64,000 bases of DNA, from the NCBI RefSeq assembly GCF_036971445.1, contig NC_091480.1:93372001-93436000 (forward strand). Reading direction: 5' to 3'. Under the pieces are notes generated by a model. The model searched no databases, had not been told where the DNA came from, and worked only from the letters and a program-made list of their open reading frames with translations. Origin of the DNA: Narcine bancroftii. Lineage: Eukaryota. Of the stretch, positions 12,169 through 25,389 are shown piece after piece; positions within the stretch are counted from its first letter, which is position 1; the number at the start of each line of letters is the position of its first letter. The position numbers were made by a program, and so were the translations under genes.

Positions 12169-13854
12169 CACAGCCTACCTCAGTCAATAAAAATACAAAA
12201 CTCCTTTGTGCATCTCTTCATTGCTCTTTAGTGGATGTCGCATTAAAATTGTGCTATAATCAGGCCAAAAAAATTTTTTTTAAAAAATGTGACAGCTGGT
12301 ACTTGCTGGTTTAATTCATGCAGATTATAAACTGCTGGTGTATAATTCATTCGGTTACAACATCATTTAAACAGATGGTGTAAAATGGCTTTAATAAAAA
12401 TGGCCCTCAAAGGGAAAACAGGACATTGAAGGTGGAAAGTTTAATAATCCCCTTGCCTCACTCCAGCATCCTCCCTACCTGCTGGCTTGTTGGCTATTGG
12501 AATGTGAAGGGCCTCAAAAGGAATGCTATTCCTTTCACCAGTAACCCATATGTGCTGGACACGGTTGTTGTCATATCCTCACAGAGTTGGCCGATTAAAC
12601 TTACTGTTTACTGAAGTCATTAAAATGTGGTGTCATCCCTTCAACAACCACAACCGAAACAGATCAACCAGTCATTGGGGTCTGAGAGTGTAAAATTTGT
12701 CTGCTGGGTCTTGGCTGTAATTGCATTTTGAAAAATAATCTAATAAGTTAATATGCTTGGAAGGTACAATATAAATCCAATTTCTCGCAGCTCTCCTCTG
12801 CCCTAAATCAAAGGATTGGACCTGAAATGGAGAGAAAATACACTGTCGATCTGGAGAGGAATATGTCAATTGCTACTTCCGGCAATCTGGCGATGAGAAG
12901 AGTTGGGTTGGTTGAAGCTTTATGAATATTTCTTTGGTTTAACATTGTTAACCCACTCACAATTTTATTACCATCTCAATTGTGTGTGGAAGACACAATA
13001 AAACAACGTACCCCATATCAACAGATCAATGCAATTTCATTCCTTTATAAAGTAACTGGGCCCTTTCTTATAAGCAAAGCCTTTGTATGGAACAACAGAG
13101 TTTTAATGCAAGGAAGTACACCTGGTGCTCCGAGACATGGATATTTATACAGGCTGGCTTCCTTGTTACATTATCTTACAACTACTTTTTTAAAACATAA
13201 ATTTGACAATTAAACAATTCATCAAAAGTGCAATCACAGCAATATATGAAGTGAGCTATCTTGTCCCACAATCCTTATCAAATTTTGTTTATCAGAATGA
13301 ACCCTATAAACTATGTCCAGTTCAAAAGTCTAATCTCCCTATGGTCCCTGTAACACGCCTGGCCATCCGTCCGGTCAAACATTTGTCATTGGTTTGACTG
13401 CGAGATTCAAAAGTGCCATTCATAAGGTACGATCAGTTCCTGAGGCCCCACCACAGACAACATGCACCCGCCTGTACTACCATTGTTAAGATAAATATTC
13501 AAATGTATTTTCTGTCTGGAACCATATAGTATCAGGGAAATCCCACCTTAGGGGGAACGGGAGACAAGCACGTGCTTCTACCTTCTCATTAAAGTCAATT
13601 ACAAAGCTTGGTGAACACTCAGAATGAGAAGTCACAAAGCTTCCCTTAATAGTCTGTATACAAATTCAATTTATTTAGTGCCTTTAGTGCAGGCAAAGGT
13701 AACTAGCTTTATCTACCTTTCTGTTTCAGTGACTAATCCTCTTTATTAATGTCATATTCATTTCAATCACTCACTGAAAATAAAACATGCATATTAATTC
13801 CATCCACCAATGTTATGAAGAGAAAATTAAGGCTGATAATAAACTAGATGTTAA

Positions 13855-14028
13855 CGATTTTAAGGACCAGTATTTCCCACCATTACCAGTCTTGAATGAA
13901 GCCCAAAATAGCAAATTATATCGTCTTTGCACCAGACAAACTGATCTCCCTCTATTCTATAACATTGCATTGAGATCCTAAATTGGGTACTGCAACACTA
14001 GGCCTGGCAATGCTGCTACAATTATTAT
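13855..14028 (+). repeat. Local direct duplicate, copy A (partner at 14691-14845)
   Basis: Near-identical to 14691-14845; the partner lacks 19 nt bounded by an ACCAGT microhomology and differs by about 1 substitution. Confidence 0.9.
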
Positions 14029-14169
14029 TTGCTCTTGTGGAAAAATAATCGTTATCTTTCCCTACAGCAGCATGAGAAAATTGAACAATAGGATGATACA
14101 TTCTAACTGAGGAAAGGTTTGAAATCATCCTCCATTCCCCATTTTGGTCTTCGTTTCTCCCAATGCCTT

Positions 14170-14845
14170 GTGGGTTGGTACCAGGACACTAACCACTTCC
14201 TCAATATCAGCAAGAGAAAAGATCTAGTTATAGACCTCCAGAAGAAGAGCGAAGTTTACTTCCCTGGTCCACATCAACAACGCTGAGGTGGAGACAGTAG
14301 ACAGCTTTAAGTGCCTAGAAGTAAACATCTCCAGTGACCTGTCCTGGTCCACCTCGCTGATGCAATGGACAGGAAAGCCCATCAGTACCTCCACTTCTCC
14401 AGAAGCCTGAGAATATGTAGCACGTCACCAACGTCCCTTCTCTACCTCTTCAGGTGCACGACTGAAAACATCCTGTCAGAATGCATCACTGTATGGTACA
14501 GGAACTGCTCCCCCCAAGAATGAACTTGGCTCAGACTATCATATCCAATCTCTGCCTCCATTGACTCCATCCATAACTTCAGCTGCCTTGGAAAGCAGCC
14601 AAACATATCAAAAGACTCATCCCATCCTGGATACCCTCTCTTCACCCCTCCATCAGGAAGAAGATTCACAAGTCTCAGATCACATTCTATCGATTTTAAG
14701 GACCAGTCTTGAATGAAGCCCAAAATAGCAAATTATATTGTCTTTGCACCAGACAAACTGATCTCCCTCTATTCTATAACATTGCATTGAGATCCTAAAT
14801 TGGGTACTGCAACACTAGGCCTGGCAATGCTGCTACAATTATTAT
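14170..14845 (+). mobile_element. Rex/Babar-like LINE 3' fragment ending in duplicate copy B (14691-14845)
   Basis: Degenerate FRCTTENILSECITVWY-type sequence and an SHPGYPLFTPPSGRRF-type C-terminus. Confidence 0.7.
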
Positions 14846-14878
14846 CTCCCTCTGTTTTTCTGAACGTATATACTGTGT

Positions 14879-15125
14879 TCCTCACACCTAATAGCCTGAA
14901 TACGCCTGGGATTGACTGATCTCGGAAGCTAAGCAGGCACAGGACTGGTCAGTACTTGGAGGGGAGACCGCCTGGGAACACCAGGTGCTGTAGGTTTCTG
15001 TGAGGGGTGTTGAACAAAATGGTGGCTCTCTGTCTGCCTTACAGACGACGAAAGTTAAAGAATTTCATGTACATTACATTCTAAATGTAGTATCACATGA
15101 CAATAATGGAACCTTTACCTTTAAC
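14879..15125 (+). mobile_element. 5S-rRNA-derived SINE (SINE3-type) or 5S pseudogene with a LINE-like tail
   Basis: 14879-14997 matches 5S rRNA (CTGATCTCGGAAGCTAAGCAGG...GGTCAGTACTTGGAGGGGAGACCGCCTGGGAACACCAGGTGCTGTAGGTTT); about 125 bp of tail follows, ending TGACAATAATGGAACCTTTACCTTT. Confidence 0.8.
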
Positions 15126-16311
15126 TGATCATGGCTTGGCTTCACAAATGAAGATACAGGAAGGATCATAGACATAATCATGTCCTTTGAGCCTGCACAA
15201 TGGATTTTTTAGGTGAAGCACAGTGTGCGTGGTACTGGCCCCACCTTTTACACCCAGGATTTATCTGCCACAGCCCAGCAAGCTCGTATGGTGATAGCCA
15301 AGTTCTCGGGTCGTAAGTTTTATTTCGGAGATTCCTTCTCCGAGATGGATGGCCCGACGAGGCTAACAAGCCCCATCTGCCAGAGTTTGAAATCAGAGTT
15401 GGCTGCCAACCAAGGCTAACGAGCCGAGCCTACCCATCCAGTTGTACGCCAGACACTCGGTCGCACCACGACATAGCAAACTCAGTGAAAATGGGAGACA
15501 CCAATGAGAAGGTGTTGCTACAGATGCAGTAATGTAGAAGAGGCCATTTGCAGTGACTTCCTGCCTGGCCAGCCAGAAAGTGGCCACGTGGCGTTCACTA
15601 CACTGAGAAAGGAAAGGCGATGTATTACTTGAGCACTTTCCCTAGGTGAGCGGGACAACAGGACCAAACCTCACCCACTGCTCGCAAAACAACCTCTATC
15701 ACTGCATTTTCAATATATGTGGCAATAAATTTCAACTTGTTTATCATCATTCTTGTAAAAATCTCTAATGGAGGGATACAAAATATGAGGATTATAGATG
15801 GGGTTATTCTCTTGAAAGGGTATCGAAAAGAAGTGGGCATAGATTTAGCGTAAGGGGCAAGTTGAGGAGATACGAAGAACTTTTTCATGTGGGGGTGGTT
15901 GAGTCTGAAGAAGAGGGTGGAGGCACTCACTCTCACAGCCTTTTACATGTATCCAGATGTGCACTTGATTCACCAAGCGATGGGAGGTTATGGACCAAGC
16001 AATGGGAGGTTATGGACCAAGTGCTGGTAAAAGGCGTAGTTTAGTTGGTGTAGATGGGTCAAAAGGTCTGCTTCTGTAAGGTAGGGCTGTTAAAAAGGCA
16101 ACCCCAGCCATTGTCACACAAAAAGACCTAAAGCTTACATAGAGATTCTTTCAGTCATTATCTATGGAAGGGCTTGAAAATCTTGTGAAATTGCTGCCTT
16201 AGATTGAACACATGCGCTTCTTTCTATCCAACTTGATCACACATGTTGCAGACTTATCCAGCATCATTTTCATGTTGTTGCAATAAAATAAAATTTAATC
16301 GAGTATCTTAC

Positions 16312-16378
16312 CATTGTCTGTGTGGCGTTTCCTTCTTTGGTGAAATGTCTTTCAACGTAATGAGCTGCCAGCAGGTTA
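16312..16378 (-). CDS. ADAM11: ADAM11 coding exon 4 (prodomain)
   Basis: tttttcag|T AAC CTG CTG GCA...ACA ATG|gtaaga; 67 nt; (H)NLLAAHYVERHFTKEGNATQTM matches the ADAM11/22/23 LLSSxYVERHF motif; phase 2 joins exon 3. Confidence 0.9.
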
Positions 16379-16810
16379 CTGAAAAAGATAAACAGTATAG
16401 TCGTAATTATGCAAGAGATTCAACAACAGAACTCTGTATTTATGCCATTTCCTCCTCTAATTAACTTTTAACATTTGCTCCATTATCTTGCCCAAGGACA
16501 ATTCTATTTATGAATCACTGCATGTAAAAATATTCTTCAGCTTTGGACCTGAACTTGTCTTTTTATTATTCAGTTCTCCTGTCAAGATTCAACGTAAATG
16601 CTGCCGTGGTGGTTTTATTTACATATTCTATTTACAGATTTCAGCATATCTGTCCATCATTTCCTATTTTTACAGTGAATCCTGATAATTAGGCTATTAG
16701 TTGAAATTAGGGTTCACCAGAGTGGACCTTGTTTAAACCACTCCCATTAAAATGTAATCTCCTTCTGTTACCATGTCCAGAATTAGTTGCATCACTAATA
16801 ATATATGGGA

Positions 16811-17110
16811 ACACAGTGGCACAGCTGGTAGAGTGGCTGCCTCACAGCGCCAGAGACCCAACCTTGGCCGATGTCTGCGTGGAGTTTGCATGTTCTCCCC
16901 ATGGCCCCGTGTTTCCTCTGGGTGCTCGGGTTTATTCCCACGCTCCACAGATCTACAAATTGGCAGGTTAACTGGCTGCTCTAAATTGCCCTTTTGTGAG
17001 TGGTGGAATGTGGAGGGAAGAATGAGGGGAATAGATGAGAATATGGGGAGAACAGGATGAGTGTAAAAGGGCTGGCATGGATTCAATGGGCTGAAGGGCC
17101 TGCTTTTGTT
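16811..17110 (+). mobile_element. tRNA-derived SINE (shark/ray type)
   Basis: tRNA-like head GTGGCACAGCTGGTAGAG, then the core TGTCTGCGTGGAGTTTGCATGTTCTCCCC...; the family recurs at about 27620, 27830, 32027, 44260, 47590, 50835 and 62410. Confidence 0.8.
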
Positions 17111-17349
17111 CTGCCCCCCTGCCTTTTTCTCTATCCCTATGACCCTAAAACCTAACCCTGAGGAGAACACCATGCAATTTAAAATTATGATCTTGGTCTT
17201 GAATGGACCCAAACTAAACACAGTGAAATCACTTAACAGATGCGGCATTTAAACAATCTCTCTTTATTTACATTATACTATCATGCCATCTTCAAAGTAT
17301 ATTACAGCCACTTGAATGTGGGACTGATACAAACTAAAGAGCTAGAGAG

Positions 17350-17612
17350 ATTTACAGCACAGAAACAGGTCCTTCAACCAATGTCCATGCAGAGCAATCT
17401 AGCCTGCGTTTGACCCACAGCTCTTGACATTTTTCCTATCCATTTCCCTGTCTGAGTGTCTTTCAAATGTAACAGTGTACCTGCCTTTACCACTTCCACT
17501 GGCAGCTCATTCCAGAAACGCACCACCCTCTGCATGAAAAATGTGCCTCTCAGGATCCTTTTAAATCCTTTCCCTCTTACCTTAAATATATGCCCTCTAG
17601 TTTTAGACACCT
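17350..17612 (-). mobile_element. CR1 LINE 3' end fragment
   Basis: Minus ORF TRGHIFKVRG...FFMQRVVRFWNELP. Confidence 0.85.
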
Positions 17613-20489
17613 TATTTAGATTCAGTTATCCCTGTATCCTAATACCTTTATAATAAAATACTGATAATTCTATGGAATATAGATCTTGATATAGGTTATT
17701 AGAGGCCTCTGTACATTTTAGCATTCTTTGCAAAATATTTAAATAGAACAAATGTATCCAATCATTCAGCCAATGAATGCTTGCTGATCAATACCGATTA
17801 ATGCTTGCTGATCAATACTGATGATGCAAACCTAAGCTATTATATCTGCATTTATGCAAGCGCAAGAGGTCAGAGGACGTTACAGTTTTATTACATTGCC
17901 TCGGTCAATCTCAGGCATGACAAGTGGGGAATAAGTTAGAACTGGAGATGTTTAAAGATGCGTTGTTTTAGAATTACGTTAGTTGAAACAGTAGAAGTGT
18001 ATTATATTAAAAAGATGCTCACTCAGTTAATAGATAGAGTAAAGGAAAAATACCTTATTCCATTCTCTTGATCCCATTCAGTTCTATGGTGGACTGGGTC
18101 AAAATTATCTGCTACTCATCAGGTTTAAACTTTAAGAAGTTTGTTCATTTACTTTGCCAAGTGACTATAATTATAACATCAATGACAAATCACAAATTGG
18201 CATGCCGGGTCAGTTTCCACGCTGCGTAACTCCAAGATCAAAAATGTAGCAAGGCCCTGGGTGCTGAAAGAATTGATAGAAACCAGATGTATATCACTGC
18301 TAGATTTCAATAACTCACTTGGGTTTGGGCCAGAGGAGAGGACAACCATTGCATGTGTTTACCTCATCCAAGTTGGTTAAATGTGACTAAGTAAACCATT
18401 GAGTCAAACTATTATGGGATCAGATCCTATGAAATGTTGTGATTGAGTGTACACGTAGGAGCTGGAGGAGAAACAAAATCTCATTAAGAATGAAGGTCAT
18501 ATCTGAGCAACTAGGTGTCTTTAAGGCTTTATTGATGGGACATTAGATGCCATTGTATGAGTATTACAATTTGTTGTGACATGAGATGTTCTGCAAAAGA
18601 ACACAGGTCTCACGGTGCGTGGTGAAAAGGAGATAAGCAACTGAATAGTGTTTGGTTTTATGTATGAATACCTGCTAAAGTTTGTAGAGGCTTAAGATTT
18701 CAGTATTACATTTCAATCACTTGTTTTATTCAGTAAGGTCTGGTGAAGAGCAGTGGTTCAGTTTATTGATGACACCAAAGGGTCCAGTGATTTAGCCATG
18801 ATCTTCGAAGACAGCAAAGGATCTCAACAGATTATGATATGTAGGGAAAATGGTTGGAAGATAGTTAATGCAGAGCAGAGGCACTTAGATGCAGGAATGC
18901 TTCATGAATGCTTCATGAATGAATGAAACCAGAGAAAGTGATAGAGAGATAACGGGGCAAGAGAGCTGGGTATTTCCTCCCCCCCCTAAAAGAAATCAGA
19001 TTTTTACATGAAAAATGAATTATGTGGAATGGGATCCAAAAAAAGGCTTGTGGAGAAAAACACTGAAAGACAAAATGAGGTGGATATCTTCATTCTGTTG
19101 TGACACCGAATTTCACGATTTGTTTATGACAATAAATACTGATTGTGATATTCTACTACCGCAACAGTTGACAGCTCTTGGTTTGATGGATTAATCGAAG
19201 CAGCTTATTTTAAATAGTAAGTTTCTCTCCCTCCCTTTACATTTATGCACACACAAATATACACCAACCTTTAGTTAAGAAAGTAATTAAAGAAAAAAGC
19301 TACAGAAGGTCATTATAGCACAGTTCAAACATACCTACTAAGGAGTCCGATTGCACAGTGAGTGAGTGGTGTTGAAAACAGAGGTGATCTCCCCGCTTTC
19401 TGGTGCCCTGCGCCAATACTCTGCCTCCCGGCCCCTCATAGGTGCTGCCATCTTGGATGCAGATCCCACGGTCGCGGGATTTCAAATGGAACTACCATCG
19501 GCTCCTTTTATGGGTCATTCAAAGCCAGGGCAGAGCTGTTGGCAATTGACTGGACGGTTGAACCCCGCAGGATCACTGCGTCTGCACTCCTCACGCTCCA
19601 TGCAGCAGTAATGGTCACAGATGTTAATCACTTACTTACTTATCCAAGAATCTGTTGGTACATCCCTGAACATGGATTTATGGCACACCCTCATTGCCAT
19701 TTGTAGGCCCCTTTTCTTTATTCACATTCACTCCAAGCCTCACTTCTAATTAATGACCATTCATGGCTTCTCTCACCTTACTTACTTGTTGACATGGCAC
19801 ATGAAGGAAAGGCACCGTCCTACAACCTCAGGGTTGGCTGAATTTTTAAGCAAGAAGTCCCCAGCCAACAACGTGCTGATTAGTAGGTTTATTGCCTCTT
19901 GTAAATTCCTTGTAGTATGGGTAGGTGGATGGCGGTAAACTCAGGCAATCTGATAGTGAACCGGTTCCAGAGAAATAAATAGGAATGGGATTGATGCACT
20001 GACTCAGAGAACAAGCATACGTTCAATGGGCCAAATGATCTTCTATTTGATGAGGAAATATGAACAGCAGCAGAATGGAATGCTCTCAGAAGATATAAGA
20101 GCAGAAGTAGGCCAATCGGCCCATCGAGTCTGCTCCGCCATCCTTCACTCAGCCCCACTCCCCGACTTTCTTCCCATTACCTTTGAAGCCCTGTCTAATC
20201 AAATACCCATCAATCTCTGCCTTAAATACACCCTACGGTCTTGCTTCCACAGACGCCAGTGGCAACAAGTTCCACAGACTCGCATCCCTCTGGCTGAAGA
20301 TTTTTTTCTGTGTCTCTGTTTTAAATTGATTCTCCTTTTATCCTGACATTGTGCCCTCTTGCTCTAGACTCCCCTACCATGGGAAACAACCTTGATTCAT
20401 CTCCTCTTGCCTTAATTGTATTTTTTTTCCCCTAAATTTCTACATAAGTTTTAAATTTTTACCTAAAATTGTTCCTTTGCTGTAATAGA

Positions 20490-21175
20490 GAGAGTAGGGA
20501 GCATCAATTTCCTTGGAATTCACTTAACTAGTGACCTATCGTGGACCCTCAACATCTCCTCATGTGTCAGGAAGGCTCAACAGTGACTGCACTTCCTGAG
20601 AAGACTTAAGTGGGCAAGGCTACCGGCCACCATTAAATCAACCTTCTATAGGAGATCTGTGGAGAGCGTCCTGGTTGGCTGCATCACAGTGGGGTACGGT
20701 TGCTGCCAAGAAATGGATCGGAGGTCAATCCACAGGATCACAAGAGTGGCGGAGAGGATCACTGGAGTCTCCCTCCACTCCATCGACGTGATCTACCAGG
20801 ATCGTTGTCTGCAGAGGGCACACAAAATCATTGAGGACCCCTTCCGCCCCACACACAGCATCTTTCAGCTACTCCCATCGGGGAAAGAGATACAGGAGGA
20901 TCAGAGCCAGCACTACCAGGCTGAGGAACAGCTTCTTCCCACGGGCAGTGAGAACGACCAAAGGAACTGCTCACACTAACCATCTGAGATCTCATTTCTA
21001 CAAAACAATGTTTATTTATTTATTTTTAGATATAATACTGGTCCTGCATATGCAATATTTGTCTGTATGTGTGTTATGTCTGGTTGTGTGTCTGCATGTC
21101 TTTGCACCGAGGACTCGAGAACGCCGTTTCATCTGGTTGTACTTGTACAATCAGTTGACAATAAGCTTGACTAGA
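20490..21175 (+). mobile_element. Rex/Babar-like LINE 3' fragment
   Basis: KAQQ*LHFLRRL, ESVLVGCITVGYG, FQLLPSGK and RLRNSFFP motifs; same family as 25390-25970. Confidence 0.8.
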
Positions 21176-22204
21176 TAAGTACAGCTGCAAAAGCCCTCAA
21201 AATGGATACCATCCAAAATAAAATAACCCATTTGATTGGCCCACTCCAAACGGCATTAAGATTTGTTACCTCTCTGACTATTGCACAGTGCTGGTCACTC
21301 TGCCTTCTTGAGAAGACACAGTTGTCAACAGCAGGTGACTTGGTCAGGGCTTTTTAAACCTGTATCCTCCCTCACCTGAAAAAGAGCAACGGATGTTTGG
21401 GAATACCGCTGATCTTTTATCATTGCAGAGTCTAAATCATGGAACTCCTGCTCTGACAGGAAGACTACAGAAGTTCAAAATGGTGGCGTCCATCAACTTC
21501 TCAAGGACAATTATAGATAAGCAATAAATGCTTGCCAGCGATGGTCAGATCTGATAACATGAATAAGTAAAAGGTTTGGAAATCAGTAACGCGATAATAA
21601 GCATTTGAAACATCTGCAATAATTCACATCATTTTCCTCGGTGACAAATGAAATTCTGGATTTTTCCTCAGTTTATAATCTTTTTGTTTCTGCCTGCCGA
21701 GAAGGGAATTTGATTGATGCCGCTGCTAACATGGATTGAAAAGATCAGGTTGAAGTCTTTTCATTACTTCTGGCTGTCAATTCAAGAGAGTTCCCTGGGT
21801 TATCCCACATGGTGTTTGAATAGTTTGTGCACATGATCTTGACATATCTGGGTGAAATGGGATTTGCTTCACTGAGCTACATAATGAAAAGGTATAGAAC
21901 GTGTCCGAATGATGGAAAATGGATCCATGGATGAAATTGTCTGAAATCAAGCCAAGGAAACATATTGTGCATTAATAAGTAGCCTCATTTCTTCCCTCCC
22001 CAGTAAACTGTACCATTATCTTCTTTTACATTGAGTGGTTTGATGCTTAATAAAACCCTTGAATAACAAGGGGAGTTAAGTGAGTGGCTGGAAGAACGTT
22101 TGAGTTGTATTTCTTTATTAAACAGTTTGTATTCATTGTTTATAATTAGAGTGAGGAAATGGGTTGGGGGAACAAAAAAAAATGAACCATTTCAATTAAA
22201 TAAG

Positions 22205-22640
22205 GTTCATAGAATAGAACATTACAGCACAGTAGAGGCCCTTCAGACCTTGATGTTGTGCCGGCCAATAGATTACTACCGAAAAAAATACTAAACCCTT
22301 CCTATCTCGTAACCCTCTATTTTATTTTCCATCCATGTGCCTGTCTAAGGGTCTCTTAAATGGCCCTGTTTCAGCCACCGCCACCACCCCTGACAGGGGG
22401 GGAAAAAAAAAAAACTCACCTCTGATATCTCCACTAAATTTTTCTCTCTTCACTTTGTACAGATGTCTTCTGGTGTTTGCTACTCCTGCCCTGGCTATTC
22501 ATGCCGCTCGGAATATTGTAGACCTCTATTAAGTCCCCTCTCATCCTTCTACCCTCCAAAGTGAAAAGTCCCAGTTCTACTAACCTTGGCTCATAAGACT
22601 TGTTTTCCAATCCAGGCAACATCCTGGTAAATCTCCTGGT
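22205..22640 (-). mobile_element. CR1 LINE 3' fragment
   Basis: [35 protein letters not shown]. Confidence 0.85.
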
Positions 22641-22869
22641 TCAGAAAATAAAGTGTGATAACTGGCTCACTGGCAGAAGAACTGTAATTAGGAGCTAACT
22701 GTTATTTGAACCAATATCTTGCATCTTAGCAGTTACACCAGAAATAGAAGGGGATCCAAAAGGTTTAATGAGGCTACTCATGAAAAGAAAGTACTGGAAA
22801 AGTAAATGGGACAAAAGCTGACAAATTCCCTGGTCCTGGTGGCCTGGGTCTTGGTGCTCGAAGCACAAA

Positions 22870-24720
22870 TTTCAAATTTATTGTCAGAGTCGTACATGAC
22901 ATCTCATACAATCCTGAGATTTTTTTTTCCCTGTGGGTCAGGCAGAATTACCGCTTGTCTGTAGTTGTACTTGAGAAAAAGATACGTATTCAAAAGAGAG
23001 AAATGTAAACAAACTAACTGTGCAAACACAGAAAAAATAAATATTCAGAAATAAATAATGTGCAAATTAAGAGTCCTTAAATTAGTCTCTCATTGAGTTT
23101 GTTGTTTAGAAGTCTGATAGCAACTGTCCTTGAACCTGGGGGTACGAATCTTGTGCCACCTATACCTCATTCCTGATGGCAGCAGTGAGAACAGAGCATG
23201 TCCTGGCTGGTGTGGATCCTTGATGATTGCCGCTGCTCTCTGACAGCAGTGTTCCATATAGATTTTCTCAATGGTGGGAGAGTTTTGCCTGTGATGTACT
23301 GGGTTGTGTCCACTACCTTTTGCAGGGCCGACTGCTCAGGAGTATTGGTGCCCCCATACCAGGCCATGAATCAGCCACCTCAGCACACTTTCCACTACAT
23401 ATCTGCAGACATTTGCCAAGGTTTCTGATGTCATATCAAACCTCCGCAACTCCCGATGACATTAGTATGTTGGGTCCAAGAAAAGGTCCTCCGAAATAAT
23501 GACTCCCCAGAAATTTATATTTGCTCACCCTCTTCCCCTCTGATCCTCCAATAATCTCTGGATCATGCACCTCTGGTTTTCCCTTCCTAAAGTTTACAAC
23601 CATCGCTTTGGTGTTGAAGACAGTGAGTGTGAGGTTGTTGTTGGTGCATCATTCAGCCAAGTTTTCAATCTCTCTCCTGTGTGCTGGACTCATCACCCCT
23701 TTTTATACAACCCACTACCGTGGTATCCTCAGCACATTTGTAAATGCTATTGTCGTACAAAGTCATACAGTCATAGGTATAAAGCAAGTCAAACGGGGAT
23801 AATTACGCAGCCCTGTGATGCCACACTACTGATGGGAATTGTGGAGGGGATGTACTGACTGTGGTCCGGAGGTGAGGAAATCCAGGATCCAATTATACAG
23901 AGTGGTGTGGAGTCCAAGGTCTTGGAGTGTTGATCAGTTTTGAGGGGATGAAATGCACTGTAGACAATAAAGAGCATGTGTCTTTATCTTTGCTGTCCAG
24001 GTGTTCTAGGGCTTTGTGTAGAGCCAGTGAAATGGTGCCTGCCGTAGACCTGTAACTGTGGTAGGCAAATTGGAATTGATCCACTCAGACAGGATCCAAT
24101 ATGCTTCAACATCAGTCTCTCAAAGCACTTCATTATTGTGAATGTGAGTGCCACTGCTCGGTCATTTAGTCAGGTTACCGCATTCTTCTTGGGCACTGGT
24201 ACAACTGAGAATTGTTGGAAACAGGTGGGTTCCATGCCCTGTCAGATTTGATGATTTCCATAAAAACTTTGGCCAGTTGGTCAGCTCAGGTTTCAGCACT
24301 CCGCTGGGTACTCAATTTGGACCAGATGTTTTCCTTGGATTCACTCTCCTGAAGGCAGCCCACACAATGGTTCTTCCTTGTTCAGGTGGTCAAATCAGGT
24401 GTAGAAGGTATTGAGGTCATCTGAGAGTGAAGCTTGAGTGTTTCCTATTGCACCAGACTTGGTTTTGTAGAAGGTTAGGTCATTTAGGCCCTGCCATAAC
24501 TGATGGCCATCCTTCGTTGCTTCCATTCTCGTTGAAATCTCCACTTCGCCTGGGAGATGGCTTTCCGTGGGTCATCCCTTCTCCTTGTGTAGTGTTCTTG
24601 ATCTTCAGACTGGATCTTAGTAGGTTCCAGATTTAATTGTTCATCCTGGGCTCCTGGTTAGGGAAAACCTGAACAATTTGACGGGGCACACCTGTTTTGA
24701 TAAAGTCTGTAATGGCTCTG
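22870..24720 (-). mobile_element. Rex/Babar-like LINE, degenerate RT region
   Basis: DQFQFAYHSYRSTAGTISLALH, LCIIGSWI and AWYGGTN motifs on the minus strand. Confidence 0.75.
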
Positions 24721-25389
24721 GTGTCCAAAGGAAGGTGGCACTATATCAGGTGATTGGTTTAGTGGTGATCTTCTAAAGTTCTTTGGATTCTAGAATGGCC
24801 CCAGTGGAATGGAAGGTAGTTCAAGAAAGGGAGGGAGAGTAAATAGGGATCCACACTGTCAGAAAAGCAAGTACAGGTAATACATTACCAAGGATATGAT
24901 AACTGAACATCTAGAAGCTCATAAGTGGGCAGAGTCATCATGAATAGGAAATATTTCATGAATTGAATAAAGAATTTGTTAGATGCAGTGTATGTAACAG
25001 ATTTGCCAAGACAATGTATCTAGTTTTGTAAGAATAAGAAGGAAATGTTTAGATTGGAATCTGCAATTGACGGTGTGTCACTGATGTCTATCATGGACTC
25101 TCAATTACAGTCTTAGAGCATGGAAGTAGGTCTTTTTCCCCATTGTGTTAATGTTGACCAACACCTGATTAGCTTCCATCTCACTGAATGGCAAAGCAGG
25201 TTTCATGTTCATCCTGTGCCTGCTTTTATTGTTTTAAAATGAGTCCTATTGCCAGGTTATCTCTTTGGAGCCATTGATCTGACTGTGCCATCTTTTTTTC
25301 CTGGAGATGCAAGAATCAATGGAACCACTTGACAAATGGCAAAGACTTCTGACGGTGTCTTGGCGAGCATTGCTTCCTCTTCGCCTGTG

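Noticed and set aside
11731-12314. Repetitive 166-aa and 175-aa ORFs / CRISPR-like array
   Set aside because: They arise from a stop-free 17-bp tandem repeat; there are no spacers, and the context is a eukaryotic intron.
14879-14997. Functional 5S rRNA gene
   Set aside because: Solitary, with a diverged 5' portion and several substitutions, and followed by a retroposon-like tail.
1-16311. ADAM11 exon 5 (GxxHCYYQG...ALSTC)
   Set aside because: No matching sequence found by eye; it probably lies beyond the left edge of the window.
18249-18270. Possible REST/RE1 site (TTCAGCACC on the minus strand) in neuronal ADAM11
   Set aside because: Only the left half-site matches; the right half reads GGGCCT rather than GGACAG.
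15979-18926. Short two-copy tandem duplications (near 15980, 17776 and 18895; also 3736 and 50187)
   Set aside because: Ordinary replication-slippage duplications with no further structure.
19300-19610. GC-richer patch with AAGATGGCAGC and a possible donor on the minus strand, as an alternative exon
   Set aside because: No ADAM similarity; exons 3 and 4 already join in phase; more likely a repeat 5' fragment.
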